Positions 25,930-31,838 of a DNA stretch of 31,838 nt are shown one piece after another; the first letter of the stretch is position 1; each line of letters starts with the position of its first letter. The translations under genes and the position numbers were made by a program. The notes beneath the pieces were generated by a model. The model was not told where the DNA came from, made no database searches, and was given only the letters and a program-made list of their open reading frames with translations. The stretch is from Vicugna vicugna (taxonomy: Eukaryota), in assembly GCA_013265495.1 (NCBI GenBank), contig MU058423.1, positions 8,008,721-8,040,558 of the forward strand. The letters run 5' to 3'.

Positions 25930-26130
25930 TTAGGCCAATGCCTTAAATATTTTTGACTGCAACCTACAGTAAGAAAAACAAATAATAAAGCAATGCATAT
26001 GTATGTGCTGAAACAAAACTTTCCTGTAACAATAGTTAATTTTTCTATGTTCACTGCACTCTGATTTAGTTCAAACTATGCTATTTCATTTTTAATAAAC
26101 TCAGTAATGTTATGTTTCAATTTGAAAAAT
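25930..26130. mobile_element. Possible hAT-type DNA transposon remnant
   Basis: tttttgactgcaacctacagtaagaaa...ctgaaacaaaactttc...tttgaaaaa resembles MER/Charlie MITEs. Family not resolved. Confidence 0.35.
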
Positions 26131-26187
26131 AACATAATCTGCTATTACTGGCCATTTTTTAATAAACCCATATTCTTCTAGCTGTTT

Positions 26188-26204
26188 ACACACACACACA
26201 CACA
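26188..26204. repeat. (CA)n microsatellite
   Basis: acacacacacacacaca. Confidence 0.85.
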
Positions 26205-26809
26205 CCCCCCACTCATATGCACTGCACAGAAAGTGGCATATCTTAAAAATAGACACTAGGGACAGAACACTGTTTCCCAGGAGCTGGCTTCCCACGGTCC
26301 TAATGACCATCAGGATACATGTGAGCACATGGATTTCCTGTCTCTCAGGTCCAAGGGATCAATTGATCAAACACTGGAAGGCTCTGTGTAAGAGTCTATC
26401 CTGAAACAAATGACACCACTAGAGCTTGTTTCCTATCTCAGTGAGGTGGTACTGACTGCGGGACAAACGTCATTTGTCAAAGGAGTGTTAAGTGACGCTT
26501 GAGGTTTAGAAGGGGAGGTATTTATATGCTGACAAGAGAACAAACTGTAACTTCCCTCTACAAATGTTATTTCCTGACTCTAAAAATCATATTGGATTAA
26601 GAATATAGGATTTCTTACTAAAAATTCTCCTTACTATGCATTCTTTTCTATCTCTGTGATAGAAAAATTAAAAACAAATAAGTTACTTCTTGAAGCTATC
26701 ACAAGGCTTTAGTGAAGGGCCTGGGATGACTTTAATAAAATTAAAATTATTTCTTTCCCCTAAATCCATCATACTTTTACTCTTGGCAAGATCGGTAGGT
26801 AACCAAGAC

Positions 26810-27173
26810 TTTCATGGACTGACAATTTGCGTCCCTCTAAAATTCATACGTTGAAATCTTAATCCTCAATGCGATAGTATTAGAAGATAGGTCCTTGGGA
26901 GGTACTTAGGTCATGAGGAAGGAGTTCTCATAAATGCAAACGGTGACCTTAAAAAGACACCCCAGAGAGCTCTCTGGCCCCTTCTGCCACGTGAGAAGGC
27001 AGCGAGAAGACAGCCAGCTGTGAACCAGGAAGCGGGCCCTCACCAGACGCCACGTCTGCCAGTGCCTTGATCTAGGGCTTCTTGGCCCCCAGATGTGGGA
27101 GAAGTAAATGTTCGTTGTTTGAGCCACTCGGACTATGGTATTTTTGCTATAGCATCCTGAACAGACTAAGACG
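26810..27173 (+). mobile_element. MaLR solo LTR (MLT1A/MLT1A0)
   Basis: atggactga...aaaattcatacgttgaaatc...ggccctcaccagac...ccttgatct...gctatagcatcctgaacagactaagac. 5-bp TSD aagac (26805-26809) / aagat (27174-27178). Confidence 0.92.
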
Positions 27174-27849
27174 AAGATCCTTTAAGACAACATTTTCAGC
27201 CTCCAGACTCAGCTCAGAGGATTTATTTCCACTGCGTAAAGACAGTTCCCATCCCAGAGAAACTCAACAGGTAACAAGGACCAAAAAACCTAAGGATTCA
27301 TTGGGATTACCTTGCTGCTCTCTAGAGCACCATTGTGAAGGAGGATAAGAACTCCATTTTTGCAAGAGCTGGATGTTGTTGGAAAAAAGAAAACAGTTCA
27401 TTACTTTCAATGCTTTAGACTTGATACTGTCATCTTCTCAACACTAAGGGTATAAAATAGTAAGGATAGGATAAAAGCCAAGAAACAGAATGTACATGAA
27501 AAGTGGAGGTGTACAGGTTGCTGAGAGCATCGTTTTTGCTTCAGAATGGAGGGTTAATACGAAATTGAAAAGAAAGGAGGAACTAAAATACTCCCTTATC
27601 AAATAGGAAACAATAGACAAACTCACCCGGTCCCTTGAGGGCAGACACTTTCACAGTTATGGCATTTATAAATGTTTTAGTTTCATCAAAACTCTAAGCC
27701 CGTCATTGCCTAGCACATTACTTAAATTATTTATGTAATTCATTTCAAAGATACATAATCTGTCTTCTCTGGATTCAGTCACTCTTTTCATTCAAATGCT
27801 GATGCAAAACTCACCCACGAGGTAAAGGCCATCCCAGCAGTCATCTCGA

Positions 27850-29230
27850 AGGCCATGGTACTTATTTTCTGCACAGTCTATTTTCGTATCTGATCACACA
27901 GACAAATTTAACTTGCTTCACCCCGCTGTACCCATACCGGTAAATACGGCTATAGAAAAACCCACAACCATGCAGGCAGACACTTTGAATTAATAACAAT
28001 TCAAGATGAGTCTTAAACGTTGTCCAGAAATCCTGCTAAGCTTCCCTAAACCTTAGATGCTAATCCACACCTCCTTCTCCTCATACCTCAAACACGTTCC
28101 AGTGCATCCTCACTCCCAGTAGGAAGCCAGTGACCTTGCTTTCTACCACGCTGAGAAAACGAGAGCAATGAGAAGGAAATTTCCATAGACTCCACAATCT
28201 GCTAACACCGGCACTCACACACTCAGCCCTTTTTCTGTCACCATTGGTGGATCATTGATGCAACTAACTAAAGCCAAACCTTCCACTTCTGCACTAGATT
28301 TCCTTGCCTCTCTCCTGTACCATCAGAGTTTTACCTCCTACTGAATCACTCCCATCAGCATACCAAAACCCAGTCTTCTTGACCCTACTACCCCTGCCAC
28401 TTATATGTCCATGTCTTGATCCCCTTTGCAGCAAAAGTTATGGAAAGGGTTGTCTATAATATTCGCACATTTCTCTCACCCTAACTCTCTTTTAAACCTC
28501 ACAGCAGACTTTTGCTTCATCAGTTCACTAAAGCTTCTCTGGTTAATGTCACAAATGACCTCCATGTTCCTAAATCCATTGGTCAATTGTCATATCTCAT
28601 CTTATTTCGTACAGTTAATCATTCTCTCTTCCTTGATGCATTATCTGCACAGTTCCCAAAGACTACATTTCTCTTGAGTTTCTTCCTGTTGCACTGACTG
28701 CCCCCACTCTATCTCATTCTCCTTTGTGGTCCCTCTTTGTCCCTCAAGCCCTTCATAATAGGGTGCTTCAGGATTCAGTCCTTAGTCCTCACCCAAAAGA
28801 AGATTTACATTAAAGCCAATGAAGTTTAATCTTAGCTTTAGCAACCTTCTTTTGCAACTCCGTCTTTTCTATTGCTCAGGGCTACAACTTTGGACTTATC
28901 CCTGACTCTTTTCCCTAATAGCCTACCGTCAATCCTGCTACCACCTCTACCTTCAAAGTGTATCCAGAATCTATACCTAAACTATATCCAGATCACTTTT
29001 CACCACCTCCACTGTTTCCACTTGGGTCCAAGCCGCCATCATTTTTTGTCTGGATTATGGTAGTTCCATGAGATCTCTCTGCCTCTACTGTCATTCACCC
29101 CCTTCTCCCCAACCCTCCCACACACATCACAAGTCAGCTCATGTCTCTCTTCTGCTCAAAATTCTGTTCTAGCTTCCCATTCCAATCAGAATGAAAAATC
29201 GCCACAATGACCACAAAGCAATATATCATT
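27850..29230 (+). mobile_element. L2 (L2a-like) long fragment
   Basis: gaccttgctttctaccacgctgagaaaa, aatgtcacaaatgacctccatgttcctaaatccattggtca, ctctaccttcaaagtgtatccagaatc, ctcttctgctcaaaattct. Confidence 0.85.
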
Positions 29231-29244
29231 TGTTCTCTTTAATT

Positions 29245-30968
29245 TTTCTTAAACAGATGCATAGATTCAATGCAATTCCAATCCTAATATATCCTGAGAT
29301 TTTTTTTTATTCAAAAAACTCAACAAATTCACTTCTGAGTTAAACTTTTTTAAAATTTTGAGTTATAGATTCTTGTACAATTGTAAGACACAGTATAGAG
29401 ATTCCATGTACCCTTTTTCATGTAAGCAATTTCCCCGAATGGTACCACTGAATAAAACTCTAGTACTATATCTGAACCAGGATATTAACGTTGACAAGAT
29501 AAAGATACAGTGCAATTCCATCACCATCATATGCTTTTATCACCACACACCTCCCCACTTCCCTATTCTTACCAGTTGGCAACCAGTAATCTCTTCTCTA
29601 TTTCTACAATTTTGTGTATAACCTTTTGAGATTGGCTTTTTTTCACTCAGTATAACTCCCTCAAGACTCATCCAAGTTATCACATGTTTCAATAGTCTTT
29701 TCCTTTTTATTGCTGAGAATTCCATAAATTTCATGATACAGATGTACTACACTGTTCATTTAACCATTCACCCCCTGAAGCATATCTAATTGTTTCTAGT
29801 TTGGGGCTATTATCAATGAAGCTTCTGTGAGCAATCCTGTCAGATTTTTTTATGAATAAATTTTGCATATATGCCCAATGGTACAATTTCTTGTTAATGT
29901 GGTATTTACAAGTTTAATTTTTAAGAAATTACCAGTTATCCAAAGTGGCTGTATTGCTCTATGTTCCCACAAACAATGTCTAAGTGATCCAGTTCTTTGC
30001 ATTTTTACCAGCATTTGGTGTTGTCATTACTTTTTATTTTAGCCATTGTAATAGATATGAAGTGATATCTCATTGTAATTTTAATTGGTATTTCTCTAAG
30101 GACTAATGATGTTGAAATCTTCTCACACGCCTACTCATCACCTATATCTTCTCTTGATTAAAATGTCCTTTTCCAAAATGGATTTTTTTCTTTTACTTTA
30201 CTGTTGGCTTTTAATAATTTTTTGTATATTCTAGATATTGATCCTATTTCAAACACATGGATTCATGGTGTACAAACTTTTTTTTTTGGTCAATAGCTTG
30301 TCTTTTCATGCTCTTAATGGTGGTCTTTTGCAGAGCAAACAATTTTAATTTTGATAAAGTCTAGAATTATGCTGAATAACAGTGATTTAACAAATTTATT
30401 TTAATATTTATATGCAAAGAACAAAAAAGTTATGAATAGCTAGGGTAACTCCTAAGACACAAAAACAAGTTGTGAACATATGTTACATCAAATTTCCAAA
30501 TTAGATGAATGTATTTGTTTCTAGCAACCCCCTAATTCCACTTCTAGGTATATACTCTAAAAAATCACTTGCCCCTGTGTTCCTGGAGACATATACCAGA
30601 AACTTCATGGCAGCATCGTTCCTCAAAGTAAAATATTGGAAGCAATATCATCTTTAGGAGTACTGTTAATGTAATAAATTGTGAATATTTGCACAAAGGA
30701 ATACTATACGTTACTGACAAAGGATGATGGAGAGCTACATGAAACAATGTGGATAAACTTTTAAAACATAAAAGACAACATACAGGATGATATAAACTTT
30801 GAAAAAGCAAAGAAAACTAAACTATGTGTTGTTTCAATATGCATGCGTATGTGGTAAAACAAGGAAAACAACAAGCAGGGGAATAATAAACACAGCATTC
30901 TGAGTACCCATTACCTTGACTGAGGGGAAGGCAGAGAGACAGGATTTAAGGGGTCCACAGGCAGCATC
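29245..30968 (+). mobile_element. Old L1 (L1ME-like) ORF2/3' end, interrupted by an antisense L1
   Basis: atagattcaatgcaattccaatc (29261-), resuming with aatatttatatgcaaag...gaatagcta, then aattccacttctaggtatatactc, and ending ggggaaggcagagag...gggtccacagg. Confidence 0.75.
29345..30365 (-). mobile_element. L1MB/MC-like 3' fragment nested in the older L1
   Basis: gagattccatgtaccc, gagattggctttttttcactcag, atccaaagtggctgtattg...cagcatttggtgttgtca, tttgcagagcaaacaattttaattttgat. Confidence 0.85.
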
Positions 30969-30987
30969 AAGAATACTAGTAATGCAA

Positions 30988-31838
30988 GAGAAGAGGCAAG
31001 ATGGCGGAGTAGAAGGACGCTCCTAAGTCACCCTCTCCCACAAATACACCAAGACCCACATCTACAGACCCACTCAGCCAACCACAGCACCTGCGGAACT
31101 CCGACAGAACATCGCCCTCTTCAAAAGATAAAGCTGCCAAAAATCTGGTAGGAGAAAAGGAAAAAAGAAAGAACAAAAGGCAAAGCAGCACGGGACGGGT
31201 CCCGCGGGGAGGGAGCGGCAAAGGAGGACTGGTGCTCGCTCGCTGGGTCTCTCCTCTCCAACTGAGAGGCCAGCGGGACGGAGGGGGAGCCTCCGAGGCT
31301 CGGATCTGTACAGAGCAGCCCTGGTCTGACAGAACTAAGTTAAACGGGCACAGAGCGTCCCCCGGGCACCCAGCCTGAGACGCGGGCCGGCAGCGGCAGG
31401 CAGGGCCAGGCTGCACAAGCCGGGCGGAGGACGAGGGCGGCTGCACGGAGGCAGCTCCGGGGGACTGCAAGGGGCTGGGCGCCGTGGCTGTGGGTGTACA
31501 GGACAGAACAACCTGGGCCCTCCATAAAACAGCAAGGTTGATGTGCTCTCGGGGGAAGGGTGCATACCCCCATCTCTGAAAACCCGCGGAAACTTTTCAG
31601 GGGAAGACAGGCGGGGCCCGGGCACAGCCGCCATATTCTCCAGTGCTGAGCACCCAGGCGGGGGCGGAGGGAAACCTGCATCCGCACCGAAGGGCTTAGC
31701 AGCCTCAAGGGCCGGACTGAGACGGGCCTACAGCCCGGGACAGGTGGGATCCTTCCATCCTGGTCCCTCAGAGAACTTGCTCCACAAAGACAAACAAGGA
31801 GCTGGGTCTTGGCTCGGAGCAGGGACGAGGCTGCCCCT
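30988..31838 (+). mobile_element. 5'UTR of a young, possibly full-length L1 (runs off the window)
   Basis: Purine-rich start, then caagatggcgg (YY1 motif, 30997-31007) agtagaaggac, followed by CpG-rich sequence typical of an L1 internal promoter. Confidence 0.85.

Noticed and set aside
30976..31708. Minus-strand ORFs of 99-164 aa
   Set aside because: Antisense to a GC-rich L1 5'UTR, with no evidence of coding constraint.

Overview
Mammalian non-coding DNA, very probably camelid (a Vic-1-type tRNA SINE and camelid-type L1). It is dominated by interspersed repeats (MIR, L2, old and young L1, MLT1A, LTR16, MER58), and I found no convincing host-gene exon. The main feature is a ~4.5-kb minus-strand L1-type retrocopy at 6505-11004. 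It is bounded by a 14-bp target-site duplication, ends in AATAAA plus a short poly(A), and splits an old MIR in two. It was copied from an unusual PAK3 transcript: an apparently spliced GC-rich 5'UTR and the first coding exon, then read-through of the GT donor into intron-like sequence. That sequence carries a decayed ~2.2-kb Tigger/pogo (CENP-B/TIGD-like) ORF with a SIM-like motif and a triplicated C-terminal module, and ends at an intronic poly(A) site. The PAK3 exon therefore looks like a genuine genomic exon but is most likely a fossil of an intronically polyadenylated PAK3/Tigger RNA. Repeat family names come from recalled consensus sequences, not from a search, and most repeat boundaries are approximate.
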